47,136 nt of DNA, taken from positions 1 through 47,136 of IMG/VR virus record IMGVR_UViG_3300029108_000006; one strand, 5' to 3'. Shown here in pieces: positions 1 to 9,689 of the stretch (positions are counted from its first letter, which is position 1; the number at the start of each line of letters is the position of its first letter). The DNA is from a virus. The position numbers were made by a program, and so were the translations under genes. Under the pieces are notes generated by a model that saw only the letters and a program-made list of their open reading frames with translations, searched no databases and was not told the DNA's origin.

Positions 1-99
1 TGAGTCGTGCCCCGGCAATCCCAAAACAAAGGAGTGAAAAACATGAAGTACATCCTCTCTAAGGAATATGAGTTTGAAGGCCAGAAGTACACGGAGATC
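1..99. repeat. Terminal overlap, copy 1 (identical to 47038-47136)
   Basis: Direct reading: tgagtcgtgccccggcaatcccaaaacaaaggagtgaaaaacatgaagtac...cacggagatc occurs at both ends of the window. Confidence 0.95.
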
Positions 100-318
100 G
101 AACTGAACCTTGATGTCCTTACTGGCAAGGATGTGTCTGCGGTGAAGCGCGAATGGGCGCGTGCGGGGAATATTTCTCCGTTGGTTGCCGTGGACACTGA
201 TTTCTGCGTGTACCTTGCAGCGAAGGCCGCGAAGCTTCCGATTGAGTTCATGGAAAACCTTCCCGCCAAGGACTACTGCGCAATCGGGCAGGAAGTCAGC
301 AATTTTTTGTTGGGGTGA
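43..318 (+). CDS. Tail assembly chaperone (P2 gpE-like), 91 aa
   Basis: ATG at 43 lies 8 nt after AAAGGAG. After circularisation it sits between the tube gene and the tape measure, as in the P2 order FII-E-E'-T. The upstream part of ORF 7..318 has no RBS. Confidence 0.75.
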   Translation: MKYILSKEYEFEGQKYTEIELNLDVLTGKDVSAVKREWARAGNISPLVAVDTDFCVYLAAKAAKLPIEFMENLPAKDYCAIGQEVSNFLLG

Positions 319-500
319 TCGGCGTTGCGGAGCGGTCTGATCCTGACGATGAGGTCAAGTCGGCGGCGGTGTCTATTGCTCGCGTCATGAAAGGCGGCGC
401 TCTCGAATGGATGCAAGAGCCGTTGATTGAGCTCGCATCATGGAACAGGACGATCACAAAGCAGCTCGAAGCGGAAGCTCGGGCGGCGAAGAAAAAATAA
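43..500 (+). CDS. Frameshift-extended tail chaperone (gpE+E'-like), made by a -1 shift at 303-309
   Basis: ORF 315..500 is in the -1 frame relative to 43..318 and has no RBS of its own. The slippery T_TTT_TTG lies 3 codons before the gpE stop. This arrangement is conserved upstream of tape-measure genes. Confidence 0.6.
303..309 (+). promoter_or_regulatory. Programmed -1 ribosomal frameshift slippery heptamer T TTT TTG
   Basis: Read in the zero frame as AAT TTT TTG. It has the X_XXY_YYZ form and is the same heptamer described for P2 E/E'. Confidence 0.6.
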
Positions 501-520
501 GGCGGGAAATCGCCTTTTTT
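499..520 (+). terminator. Weak hairpin plus T-run between the chaperone and the tape measure
   Basis: aaggcg-ggaaat-cgcctt followed by tttttt. The stem is only 6 bp and it lies inside an operon, so it may be an attenuator or stabiliser. Confidence 0.3.
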
Positions 521-537
521 CGTAAGGAGGTGACCTC

Positions 538-3132
538 ATGTCGAAGGTTTACGACATTGCCTTCAAGATCGCGGGGAAGCTTTCCGGAGACTTCGCGAAC
601 ACCTTCAAGAAAGGGCAGGAGACCGTCGCCCGCATGGGTGATTCACTCGCTACGCTGAATGCGAAAGCTGCAAAGATGGACGGCCTGGTAAAGGCACGCA
701 AGGCTGTAGGCGAAAGTTCGCGAGAGTACATCCGTGCGAAAGAAAAGGTCGCAGCACTTGGAAGAGCAATGAGCGCGACCAAGGAGCCGTCCGCCCAGAT
801 GGTCTCCGAGTTCAACAAGGCGAAAGCCGCCCTTGAAAAGTCGAAGGCTGCTCTTGAGCGGAATCGATCTTCTTTGCGCGAACTCGACGGGCAGATGGGA
901 ACGACCGGCACGCACCTGAGGACGCTTATCGAGCGACAGAATGCGCTCGCACAATCAGCTGACAGGGCTCGTGCGGCACAGCAGAAGCTCGCGAAGATCA
1001 ACGAGCGATTGAGCAAGGCTCAGGGCGTTCAGGACAAGGCCAGCGAAATGCGGTCTTCGAGCGCGGGCGTTCTAATGGGCATTGGCGCTACGGTTGCCGC
1101 AACCGCTGGTGCTCCGGTCAAGCAGGCGATGAGCTTTGAAGACCAACAGGCTGAGCTCCGAAAGTTCTCGGACGACTACAAGCAAGTCTTCGATGGCATT
1201 CAGAAGCTCTCGCTCCAATACGCGAAGAGCACTGAGGACATGACAGCGATGGCGGCGAACGCCTTCCAGTCCGGTATCGCAAAGACGGCTGACGAGGCTC
1301 TGAAGCTCGTTGAGATTCAGAACCAAATGGCCATCGCCTTCGATATGACGGGGGATGAGGTCGGTGCTGCATACGCGGACATCCAGTCCAAGATGGGCAT
1401 CAACATCGACCAGAGCAAGGCAATGTTCGACATCGTCAACCAGATCGGCAATACCACGAGCGCGTCGGCAAAGGACGTCGTCGAGGTGCTTGCTCGATCC
1501 GGTGGTGCTCTGAAGGGCTTGACCGCGATGAATGAGAAGCAGATTGCGGCTCTTGCCGGCTCGTTCCGATCTGCGTCCGTTTCGTCCGAAGTCGCTTCGA
1601 CCTCGATGATGTCCTTCATCAACGCGCTGTCGTCTGGTGAAGGCGCTACGAAGGGTCAGAAGAAGGCGATGGAAGCGCTCGGTATCGACGCGGGCAAGAT
1701 GGCTCACATGATGACGTCGAGCTCTGAAAATGCTCAAAAGGCGATTCAGGACGTTTTCAAGCGCATCAACGGTCTGCGTGAAGACCAGAAGTCTTCGATC
1801 ATCGGTGCTCTCTTCGGTAACGAGGCGGGCGTGAAGTCTGCGGTTGCAACGCTTGCTAAGCAGGGCGACTTGCTTGCAGGCAACTTCGCGATGATTTCCG
1901 ATCCGGCTCAGTATGCCGGTTCGATGCTGAAGGAGTTCCAGTCCAGGGCTGACACGACCTCGAATTCCCTGCAGATTGCAGGTAACGCGGTCAAGCTAGT
2001 TGCCGGCGGGATCGGGACGGCTCTTCTTCCTGCTGTCCGAAAGTCGGCGGAAGCCTTCGTGAAAAGTAGCGAGGGCGTCATCAAGTGGGTGAGTGAGAAC
2101 CAGTCGTTGATCCTTACGGCCATGAAGGTCGGCGGTGCCCTCCTCGGATCTGTGGCGGCTTTTCATGCGCTACGCCTTGGGTTCGCGCTTTTGGCGAGCC
2201 CCGTTATCTCGATGTACAAGGGCTTCCTGAACATCCAGAAAGCAATCACGCTGATGAGGAACAGCACTGTTCTTGCGACGGTCGCATCGAAGGCTCAGGC
2301 CTTTGCGATGGGGGCTTGGAAAATTGCTGTGACGGCAGCGACGGCAACGGCCAAGCTGATGCGAACAGCGATGCTATTGCTTAATGGCGCGATGCGTGCG
2401 AATCCTGTGGGGGTCGTCATTACGGCCTTCACGTTGCTCGTTGGTGCAGGGCTTGCGGTCTACAAAAACTGGGACGCGATCAAGGCGAAGGCTGTCGAGC
2501 TGTGGAATTCGTTCTCCTCGAACTTCCCGAATATCGCTTCGGTCGTGAAGGCAAACTTTGCGATTGTCGCTGGTGTCGCCAAAAACGTCTGGGGCGTCTT
2601 CTCGAACCTGATCGGATTCGTGAAAAACGTCTTTACCGGCCAATGGTCGGCAGCCTGGGAGAACGTGAAGGGTATTTTCTCGAATGCTTTTCAGGCGCTT
2701 GAGGGGATTGCTAAGGCTCCGATCAACGGGGTAATCAATCTCGTCAACGGCGCAATCGGTGCAATCAACGGCATTTCTGTGGACATTCCGGAGTGGGTGC
2801 CGAAGTTCGGCGGCCAGACTTTCGGCGTAAATCTTCCGAAGATTCCTCAGCTTGCAGAGGGCGGCATTGCTACCCGTTCGACGTTTGCCAATATTGGCGA
2901 AGGCGGCGAGCCTGAGGCGGTTATTCCGCTCTCGAAGCTGTCGTCAATGCTTGGCTCTGGGGTTGGTATGGGCGGCGGCATCACCGTCAATTTCGCTCCC
3001 GTCATCAACGTTTCGGGTGGCTCTGGTGATGCCTACGAAGGCGTGAAGCGCGGCCTTGATGAAGGTCGACGACAGCTTGAAAAGGACCTGCGCCGTCTGT
3101 TGGCGGATCAGCAGCGTCTATCTTTTTCATAA
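538..3132 (+). CDS. Tail tape measure protein, 864 aa
   Basis: Long alpha-helical Ala/Lys/Gln-rich N-terminal part with hydrophobic Gly/Ala-rich central segments. It follows the chaperone pair and has the RBS AAGGAGG. Confidence 0.9.
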   Translation: MSKVYDIAFKIAGKLSGDFANTFKKGQETVARMGDSLATLNAKAAKMDGLVKARKAVGESSREYIRAKEKVAALGRAMSATKEPSAQMVSEFNKAKAALEKSKAALERNRSSLRELDGQMGTTGTHLRTLIERQNALAQSADRARAAQQKLAKINERLSKAQGVQDKASEMRSSSAGVLMGIGATVAATAGAPVKQAMSFEDQQAELRKFSDDYKQVFDGIQKLSLQYAKSTEDMTAMAANAFQSGIAKTADEALKLVEIQNQMAIAFDMTGDEVGAAYADIQSKMGINIDQSKAMFDIVNQIGNTTSASAKDVVEVLARSGGALKGLTAMNEKQIAALAGSFRSASVSSEVASTSMMSFINALSSGEGATKGQKKAMEALGIDAGKMAHMMTSSSENAQKAIQDVFKRINGLREDQKSSIIGALFGNEAGVKSAVATLAKQGDLLAGNFAMISDPAQYAGSMLKEFQSRADTTSNSLQIAGNAVKLVAGGIGTALLPAVRKSAEAFVKSSEGVIKWVSENQSLILTAMKVGGALLGSVAAFHALRLGFALLASPVISMYKGFLNIQKAITLMRNSTVLATVASKAQAFAMGAWKIAVTAATATAKLMRTAMLLLNGAMRANPVGVVITAFTLLVGAGLAVYKNWDAIKAKAVELWNSFSSNFPNIASVVKANFAIVAGVAKNVWGVFSNLIGFVKNVFTGQWSAAWENVKGIFSNAFQALEGIAKAPINGVINLVNGAIGAINGISVDIPEWVPKFGGQTFGVNLPKIPQLAEGGIATRSTFANIGEGGEPEAVIPLSKLSSMLGSGVGMGGGITVNFAPVINVSGGSGDAYEGVKRGLDEGRRQLEKDLRRLLADQQRLSFS

Positions 3133-3144
3133 GGAGGCGGTGAC

Positions 3145-3369
3145 GTGAAGACATACACGACCGTCGCGCAGGACACGTGGGACATCATCGCTAAGCGAGT
3201 CTATGGCTCTGAGGCGTTGATGGACCAACTGATCCGCGCGAATTTACAGCACCGGAAGACAGTTTTCTTCAGTGCGGGCGTCGTGCTCAATGTGCCGGAC
3301 ATTGACACAGACTCGATGGAGTTTGCTGAGAACCTGCCGCCTTGGAAACGTCAGGAGGGTGCGCGATGA
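3145..3369 (+). CDS. Tail protein X-like (LysM-like fold), 74 aa
   Basis: The start MKTYTTVAQDTWDIIAKRVYG...VLNVPD matches the P2 gpX pattern (M.....GDTLD.I..RYYG...lP). RBS AAGGAGG, and an ATGA overlap with the next gene. Confidence 0.6.
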   Translation: MKTYTTVAQDTWDIIAKRVYGSEALMDQLIRANLQHRKTVFFSAGVVLNVPDIDTDSMEFAENLPPWKRQEGAR

Positions 3370-4463
3370 GTGGACCTATCCAGACCTATTTGAGGCTCCT
3401 CTTCACCGAAGCCGGCAAGTCGGTGTCGGAGGACATTCTGCCGGACCTGCTCTCTTTCACGTACGACGACAAAGAGACGAACGAGGCGGATGAAATCAGC
3501 CTCACGCTCAAAGACCCGACGGGAAAGTGGGCGTCGAAGTGGAAGCCGGACGGCGGCGAAGTCGTCCGCGCCTACATCGCATCGGGGACGGTTGACGGGA
3601 AGAAGGGGCGCGAGCTTTTCTGCGGAAAGTTCTTTGTCGATTCTCTCCGCACCAGTGGATCGCCTCGTGTCTTCGAGATGCGGGCCGTGTCGATCCCGAT
3701 GAACACTCCGATTCGTCGCAAGATGATCACGAAGGCCTGGGAGAAAAAGACGCTCAAGGGCATCGCTCAGGAAATTGCGGCGGCTGCGAAAGTCAAGCTC
3801 CTCTTCGATTCGAAGGAGAACCCGAGCTACGACCGACAGGATCAGAAGGCCGAAAGCAACCTGAAATTTCTCTCCCGCCTATGTGAAGACGCCGGCCTTT
3901 CAATCAAGGTGACGGACTCGCAGATTGTGATTTTCGACCAAGCATTCTATGAAAAGAAGAAGCCCGTCAAAACGCTCACGCTGGGCGTCTCGGACATCCT
4001 TTCGTGGGACTTCGAGTCGCAGCAGTCTGAGACGTACAAGAGTTGCACGATCTCATACCGCAACCCTAAGGAAAAGAAGAAGTCCTCCGCAGGCGGCTAC
4101 ACGTCGAACGAGTATGACATCGACGCCGTTCCTGAGAAGAAAAATCCTGCCGTCATGACGTACACCTACGTCGATCCGGACGCCGATGACGACGGTCAGG
4201 AATACCAGGTTAAGAAGCGTGCGACTTCGATCTCCGAAGCGAAGCGGATCGCTAAAGCAACGCTTCGCAAGCTCAACCTTCGGAAGATGACCGGCAGTCT
4301 TTCTCTTGTCGGCGACACGTCTCTTGTGGCGGGTGTCGTCATCATTCTGAAGGGCTTCGGAAGTTTCGACGGAAATTTCATTGTGGAAAGCGCGTCCCAC
4401 TCGGTTTCTACGAGCGGGTACGTGACATCGATTTCCGTTCGGAGAGTCAACAACAACTATTGA
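3366..4463 (+). CDS. Late control gene D-like tail/baseplate hub protein (P2 gpD family), 365 aa
   Basis: Size, position after the tape measure, and a sequence pattern typical of gpD-like proteins. Start chosen at the ATGA overlap with the upstream stop. Confidence 0.8.
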   Translation: MSGPIQTYLRLLFTEAGKSVSEDILPDLLSFTYDDKETNEADEISLTLKDPTGKWASKWKPDGGEVVRAYIASGTVDGKKGRELFCGKFFVDSLRTSGSPRVFEMRAVSIPMNTPIRRKMITKAWEKKTLKGIAQEIAAAAKVKLLFDSKENPSYDRQDQKAESNLKFLSRLCEDAGLSIKVTDSQIVIFDQAFYEKKKPVKTLTLGVSDILSWDFESQQSETYKSCTISYRNPKEKKKSSAGGYTSNEYDIDAVPEKKNPAVMTYTYVDPDADDDGQEYQVKKRATSISEAKRIAKATLRKLNLRKMTGSLSLVGDTSLVAGVVIILKGFGSFDGNFIVESASHSVSTSGYVTSISVRRVNNNY

Positions 4464-4474
4464 GGAGGTGCGGC

Positions 4475-5182
4475 ATGGACGCACTTTGGAAAGTTCCTGA
4501 GGTGCCGAGCCTCATCAAGATCGGTGAGGTGTCGAGCATCGATCCTGCGAAATGTACTGCTCGCGTCGTTTTCGACGACGAAGATGGACTCGTGAGCTAC
4601 GACCTCCCCATTCTTCAGCGCAACTCGCTCAAAAATCACGACTTTGCGATGCTGGACGTCGGTGAAGATGCAATCGTCCTCTTCTTTGGTGAAGGGCAGG
4701 AAGACGGCGTCATTCTCGGTTCAATTTACGCGGGCGAAGTAACGCCTCCGGAGTCGACCGAGAATCGACGCACGGTTGTCTTCGATGACGACACGCGCGT
4801 CTGCTACGACCGTCATGAGCACAAGCTCACGGTGACGATTGAGGGGACGGAGATTGTTTTCAACCGCCAGGACGGCTCCATCACGGTGCCGAACGCCGTG
4901 ACGATCAATTGCACAACGGCGACGGTCAATGCGTCGTCGAGCGTCACGCTTGACACGCCGAAAACGGACATTACTGGTGTGCTGAATGTAATGGGCCTCA
5001 TTACCGGGAAGGGCGGCCTTGCCGTCAGCGGTGGTTCTGGCGCGGCAGTGTCCGTTACCGGGGACATGAATCTGCAGGGGCAGGTTGACGCTTCTGGTGA
5101 CGTTAAGGCAGGCGGCATCAGCCTCATGAACCACGTTCACACTGAACAAGGTGACGGGGCCGACGTGAGCAAGCCGAAATAA
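4475..5182 (+). CDS. Baseplate central spike (P2 gpV family), 235 aa
   Basis: N-terminal IGEVSSIDPAKCTARVVFDD OB-fold signature and C-terminal NHVHTEQGDG motif. RBS GAGGAGG before the ATG at 4475. Confidence 0.8.
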   Translation: MDALWKVPEVPSLIKIGEVSSIDPAKCTARVVFDDEDGLVSYDLPILQRNSLKNHDFAMLDVGEDAIVLFFGEGQEDGVILGSIYAGEVTPPESTENRRTVVFDDDTRVCYDRHEHKLTVTIEGTEIVFNRQDGSITVPNAVTINCTTATVNASSSVTLDTPKTDITGVLNVMGLITGKGGLAVSGGSGAAVSVTGDMNLQGQVDASGDVKAGGISLMNHVHTEQGDGADVSKPK

Positions 5183-5199
5183 GAAAGGAGGGCTTTCCT

Positions 5200-5601
5200 A
5201 TGGGCTTGGGTTTCAGCGCAGTTGGCATTTTTGGCAAACTGCCTTTTCTCTGCAGTAGTGCAGTGACATTCACCTTCAAGGACCTGTCAGTTTCACGCTC
5301 GGTTCGATGGGCGACGCACGAAGTGATAGGCCAGAACCCCGTTCTTGAATACATCGGTCCAGGACTCACAGAGGTCAGCTTCAACATTCAGCTGAACTCG
5401 ATGCTTGGGACTCCGCCTTTGGCAGCGCTAATTCAGCTCAAGAAAATGCTCGAGAAGAAACAGGCTGAGCGTTTGCTCATCGGCCCAGATTATCTCGGTA
5501 AGTTCGTCATCGAATCAATCGGTGAAGAGCGAAAGTATCACAACAACTTCGGCATCTGCGTGTCAGCAGAGGTCAGCATCACCTTGAAGGAGGCGGCATA
5601 A
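5200..5601 (+). CDS. P2 gpU-like tail protein, 133 aa
   Basis: The pattern ...YIGPGLTEVSFNIQL...LIGPDYLGKFVIESIGEER... parallels P2 gpU (F.GPG.E.I.L.G.L...G.YVI.SI.E). Its position between V and W is atypical. Confidence 0.55.
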   Translation: MGLGFSAVGIFGKLPFLCSSAVTFTFKDLSVSRSVRWATHEVIGQNPVLEYIGPGLTEVSFNIQLNSMLGTPPLAALIQLKKMLEKKQAERLLIGPDYLGKFVIESIGEERKYHNNFGICVSAEVSITLKEAA

Positions 5602-5928
5602 ATGGCTCAGTACACAGTGACGCTGTCAAGTCAAGTCGACTTCGCGCCGTCGGACGAGGTGCGAGAGATTCTGCAGAACGTGCGGACGATCCTCAGCACG
5701 CGTAAGGGCTCCGTTCCTCTGGACCGAGACTTCGGGCTGACTTGGGCGCATATCGACAAACCAATGCCGGTTGCAAAGATGCTGATGCGGTCTGAGGTTA
5801 TTGACGCGATTGAGGAGTACGAGCCAAGAGCAACGGTCGTGTCTGTCGACTTTGACGAGGACACTGCGAGCGCAATGGACGGCATTTTGAAACCGCGCGT
5901 TGTTGTGCAAATCGGAGAGGAGGAATAA
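5602..5928 (+). CDS. Baseplate wedge protein (gpW / gp25 family), 108 aa
   Basis: The motif ILQNVRTILSTRKGSVPLDRDFG is the conserved gp25/gpW signature. It lies immediately upstream of the gpJ-like gene. Confidence 0.8.
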   Translation: MAQYTVTLSSQVDFAPSDEVREILQNVRTILSTRKGSVPLDRDFGLTWAHIDKPMPVAKMLMRSEVIDAIEEYEPRATVVSVDFDEDTASAMDGILKPRVVVQIGEEE

Positions 5929-5931
5929 GGC

Positions 5932-7068
5932 ATGGCAGAAACCATTCCACGCTGGCACTTACCGGCGGTTGAATTTTTGGAAACAGATGCCGAGACCATC
6001 AAGGCTGAGATCATTACTGGGTACGAGCAAGCGAGCGGACGCACACTCGCGGCGGGGGACCCGGTTCGCCTCTACCTGTTGAGCCTCGCTGCTGTCATCA
6101 TTCAGCAGCGCACTGCCGTGAATCTGGCGGCACAGCAGAATCTGCTTTCATACGCTCAGGACGGCTATCTCGATGCGCTCGGTACGCTTTTGAGCGTTAC
6201 GCGTCTTGCCGAAAGTAGGGCCGTTACGACGATCAAATTCACGCTTTCGCAGGCTCTGGCGACGGTCTACACGATCCCTGCTGGAACTGAGGTGACGAAC
6301 GGGGTTGTGACCTTCGCGACGGACCATGAACTCAATATTGAGAAAGGTAAGCTCGAAGGGAGTGTCACGGCATCCTGCACCGTTGCGGGTACGATCGGCA
6401 ACGATTACCTTGCCGGGCAGGTCAACACGATCGTCAAGCCGATGACGTTCGTCTCGAAAGCTGAAAACACAACGATCACGACGGGCGGTTCCGAAGCGGA
6501 AAGCGACGAGTCTCTTGCAGAGCGCATTCGCCTCGCACCGAACGGCTTCTCTGTTGCAGGTCCTGAGAAGGCGTATGTCTACCATGCGAAGAGCGTGTCG
6601 AGCTCCGTGCTAGACGTTTCTGTCACCTCCCCGACACCAGGCGAGGTCGATGTTTACGTTCTGCTCGCGGGCGGTGAATTGCCTTCAAAAGAAACGCTTG
6701 AGCAGATCGATGCGTACTTGAGTGATGAAACGCGTCGACCTCTCACGGACTTCGTCCAGGTGCTTGCGCCGAAGGCCGTGAATTATGAGCTTGAGATTCA
6801 TTACTGGATCAGTCGCGAGGACAGTTCGCGCGCCGAGCAGATCAAATCTGATGTTGAAAAGGCGGTCGAAAAATACCGCGTGTGGCAGCAAGGAAAAATC
6901 GGGCGCGACATTCTCCCTGCAAGGCTCATTCAGTACGTCATGCAGGCGGGAGCTTCGCGCATCGACAACCCGACGATGAAGCCAGTTGATTTCCAGAAGC
7001 TCGAAAGCGACCAGGTCGCGCAGTGCACGGGCGTGAAGATCGTTTACGAGGGCTACAAGGATGAGTAA
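5932..7068 (+). CDS. Baseplate protein J family, 378 aa
   Basis: Size, position and sequence pattern of Baseplate_J proteins, in the order W-J-I. Confidence 0.85.
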   Translation: MAETIPRWHLPAVEFLETDAETIKAEIITGYEQASGRTLAAGDPVRLYLLSLAAVIIQQRTAVNLAAQQNLLSYAQDGYLDALGTLLSVTRLAESRAVTTIKFTLSQALATVYTIPAGTEVTNGVVTFATDHELNIEKGKLEGSVTASCTVAGTIGNDYLAGQVNTIVKPMTFVSKAENTTITTGGSEAESDESLAERIRLAPNGFSVAGPEKAYVYHAKSVSSSVLDVSVTSPTPGEVDVYVLLAGGELPSKETLEQIDAYLSDETRRPLTDFVQVLAPKAVNYELEIHYWISREDSSRAEQIKSDVEKAVEKYRVWQQGKIGRDILPARLIQYVMQAGASRIDNPTMKPVDFQKLESDQVAQCTGVKIVYEGYKDE

Positions 7069-7729
7069 GGAGCTCGCGGAGGTAAGGCTGAGCGACTTGC
7101 TTCCGGACTCAATTGCTCAAGACGACAACGTCAGGCACAGCGCGACGGCGCTCGACAAGCAGTTGCTCGATATGACGGCGGCGGTTGATCTTCCGTCGAT
7201 TTACGTCAGCATTGACAAGCTCACGAGCACGCAGCTCGACCACGTCGCCTATGGGTGGGATGCGAGCGTTTGGCGCGATTCCTGGCCCGTTGCTTTGAAG
7301 CGTAGCGTCCTGAAAAACGTTGTGAGGGAAAAGCGAAAGAAAGGGACGCTTCGTGCTGTCAAAGATGCCGTTTCTTCGATCGGTTCGGCTGCGACCATCA
7401 GAGAGTGGTGGCAGATGGAACCCAAGGGAACGCCTCACACGTTCGAGATTCAGGCGACGCTTGGAAACATAGACGGCACGCTTGATGCCGAAATGCAGGA
7501 GGACCTTTTCGCGCTCGTCGACGACGCGAAGCCAGTCCGTTCGCATTACACCTTCGTGCTCGTGAGACAGCTACAGGGCGGCATGGGTGTTGACGGTTAT
7601 CTTCGCCCGGTGGCTTACGCGCGTATTCGCTCTGAAGAGATTGTGAGCCGAGACATTGATGCGGCTGTCGGCATTTTCGTCGGGGCACGGCCTATCGCGA
7701 TGCGCTCGCTCGTCGGCCTCGCAAAATAA
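7061..7729 (+). CDS. Tail protein I (P2 gpI family), 222 aa
   Basis: LLPDSIAQDDN...WRDSWPVALKRSVLKNVVREKRKKGTLRAVKDAV...IREWW...PHTFEI matches the P2 gpI signature. It overlaps the gpJ stop. Confidence 0.8.
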   Translation: MSKELAEVRLSDLLPDSIAQDDNVRHSATALDKQLLDMTAAVDLPSIYVSIDKLTSTQLDHVAYGWDASVWRDSWPVALKRSVLKNVVREKRKKGTLRAVKDAVSSIGSAATIREWWQMEPKGTPHTFEIQATLGNIDGTLDAEMQEDLFALVDDAKPVRSHYTFVLVRQLQGGMGVDGYLRPVAYARIRSEEIVSRDIDAAVGIFVGARPIAMRSLVGLAK

Positions 7730-7741
7730 GGAGGGGTTTTT

Positions 7742-8779
7742 ATGGACATCGTTTTGACGACGGCAGGTATTCAGGCCGTTATCAACGCAAAAGAGACCGG
7801 GACCAACGCCGTCACCATTTCTGAGATCGGTGTCGGCACCGGCAAATACACAGCAAGTAAGGAGCAGACACAGTTACAAGCTCAAGTCAAGCGCTTGCCG
7901 ATTCTCGAAGGTGGGCAAGCCGGTGACAATGCGATTCACGTCGCATGCAAGGACGACGGGCCGGGCGCGTACGAGGTGTGCGAGTTCGGCCTTTTCCTTT
8001 CTGACGGGACGCTTTTCGCGGTCTACTCGCAGAGCACTCCGATCATTGCAAAGCAGGAGTCAAGCAATTTGCTCCTTGCTATCGACATGAAGCTCGAAGG
8101 CGTCAGCACCGGGAACGTCACTTTCGGCGACATGTCTTTCTCTTTCACAGCCGCAACACGTGAAAACGCAGGAATCGTTGAGCTTGCTACTGACGAAGAA
8201 ACGCAGGCAGGGACCGATACGCAGCGAGTCGTGACGCCCGCCAGTCTGAAGAGCTTGACTTCTACGGCAAAGCGTGCGGGTCTCATCCGCACAGCATCGG
8301 AAGGCGAAGCGAAGGCGGGAACGGAAGGCGCGGCTGCTTCCGAAGCGGAAACGATCGAAGGGAAGTCCGGGACGCTCTATGTGACGCCTCTCGGCCTTCG
8401 AGGCTTGAAAGCTACGACCGGACGAAACGGTCTTGTCGAACTGGCGACCGAGGCTGAGGCAAAGGCAGGGACGGACAAAGAACGCGCCGTTACTCCTGCG
8501 GGTTTAAAGGCTGTCGTCGATGAGGCGACCCCGGACGCAAGCGAAGCCGCCAAGGGGATGATTCAGATCGCCTCTACTGTTGAAGCTACAGCCGGAACAG
8601 ACGCTCTGAAGGCAATGACGCCCGCGACTGGAAAGGCTGCACTCGATGCGCGAATTGCGACAGTTGAGGAGGCGAAAGTTGGCACGTCGATGACGAAGTT
8701 CATCACGCCAGCAACGCTGAAAGCTGTTGTTGATGCAGCTGTGGCGGCGGCTCTTGCGAAACAAGGAGGTGCCGAATAA
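7742..8779 (+). CDS. Tail fibre protein, copy A, 345 aa
   Basis: P2 gpH-like N-terminal baseplate-attachment domain, followed by five copies of a G(I/L)VELAT.EE..AGTD..RAVTPA.LK-type fibre repeat. Confidence 0.75.
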   Translation: MDIVLTTAGIQAVINAKETGTNAVTISEIGVGTGKYTASKEQTQLQAQVKRLPILEGGQAGDNAIHVACKDDGPGAYEVCEFGLFLSDGTLFAVYSQSTPIIAKQESSNLLLAIDMKLEGVSTGNVTFGDMSFSFTAATRENAGIVELATDEETQAGTDTQRVVTPASLKSLTSTAKRAGLIRTASEGEAKAGTEGAAASEAETIEGKSGTLYVTPLGLRGLKATTGRNGLVELATEAEAKAGTDKERAVTPAGLKAVVDEATPDASEAAKGMIQIASTVEATAGTDALKAMTPATGKAALDARIATVEEAKVGTSMTKFITPATLKAVVDAAVAAALAKQGGAE

Positions 8780-9675
8780 TGGCCAACACAATTTTGATTA
8801 CTGACGCCGGTCTGGCAGAGGTCGTCAACGCCGAGCAGTCTGGAACCGCGCCCGTCGTCATTACAGAGGTGGGCTACGGTACGGGGCAATACACGCCGAC
8901 TGGCGACATGACGGCTCTGAAGGAAGAGTTCAAGCGTCTGACGACCATAGCAGGCGGTGCGGTTGGAGACAACGTCATCCACCTTGCGGCCCGCGATGAT
9001 TCGGCCGAGGCCTACACGGTCTACGAGGTCGGCCTCTACACGGCGAGCGGAACCCTTTTCGCGGTTTGCTCGCAGACGGTTCCAATCATCCAGAAGGCTT
9101 CGCAGTCGCAGGCTCTGCTCGCGATTGACCTTGCGGTGACGGACTTCTCTGCGGACTCTATCGCTTTCGGCGATACGAACTTCCTGAATCCGCCGGCGAC
9201 GACCACGACTCTCGGTGTCGTTGAACTTGCGACGAATGAAGAAACGATTGCGGGAACAGATGGAACGCGTGCTGTCACGCCGAAGAGCCTGAGCGCACGA
9301 ACATCGACGGAAAGCCGCACCGGTTTGATCCGCATCGCCGTTCCGGCTGAAGTGCTTTCTGGCAAGGACAACACGAAAGCCGTGACTCCGTTTGGCTTGC
9401 TGTCTGCTTTTTTGAAGAATCACGGCGACAGTGGATTCCAGAAGTTGCCGAACGGTCTCATCGTTCAGTGGGGCAAGGCTTCGATTGCGGCCGATGGTTC
9501 GACCGTTGTTGCTTTCCCTGTAGCTTTTCCGACGAGTGCCGTTTTCGCGAATGCAACGCCTACTGGTGAGGTTGCTGCGGACTTCGTTGCCACTGGCTTG
9601 ACGAAGGGGAACACGACATTCAAGCACACCGCAAACGGAAAGGTCCAGGCGCTCTGGATGGCGCTCGGATTCTGA
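8779..9675 (+). CDS. Tail fibre protein, copy B (paralog of 7742-8779 in its first ~170 aa), 298 aa
   Basis: Its N-terminus aligns by eye with copy A (..ITE(I/V)G.GTG.YT......L......RL.....G....N.IH(V/L)A..DD...AY.V.E.GL....GTLFAV.SQ..PII.K). The C-terminal domain is different. Its start shares one base with the copy A stop (TAATG). Confidence 0.75.
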   Translation: MANTILITDAGLAEVVNAEQSGTAPVVITEVGYGTGQYTPTGDMTALKEEFKRLTTIAGGAVGDNVIHLAARDDSAEAYTVYEVGLYTASGTLFAVCSQTVPIIQKASQSQALLAIDLAVTDFSADSIAFGDTNFLNPPATTTTLGVVELATNEETIAGTDGTRAVTPKSLSARTSTESRTGLIRIAVPAEVLSGKDNTKAVTPFGLLSAFLKNHGDSGFQKLPNGLIVQWGKASIAADGSTVVAFPVAFPTSAVFANATPTGEVAADFVATGLTKGNTTFKHTANGKVQALWMALGF

Positions 9676-9689
9676 AAGGAGAGGATTCT

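Noticed and set aside
8563-9627. 354-aa ORF on the minus strand
   Set aside because: It is antisense to the two tail-fibre genes. It is Arg/Ser-rich and has no functional motif or RBS.
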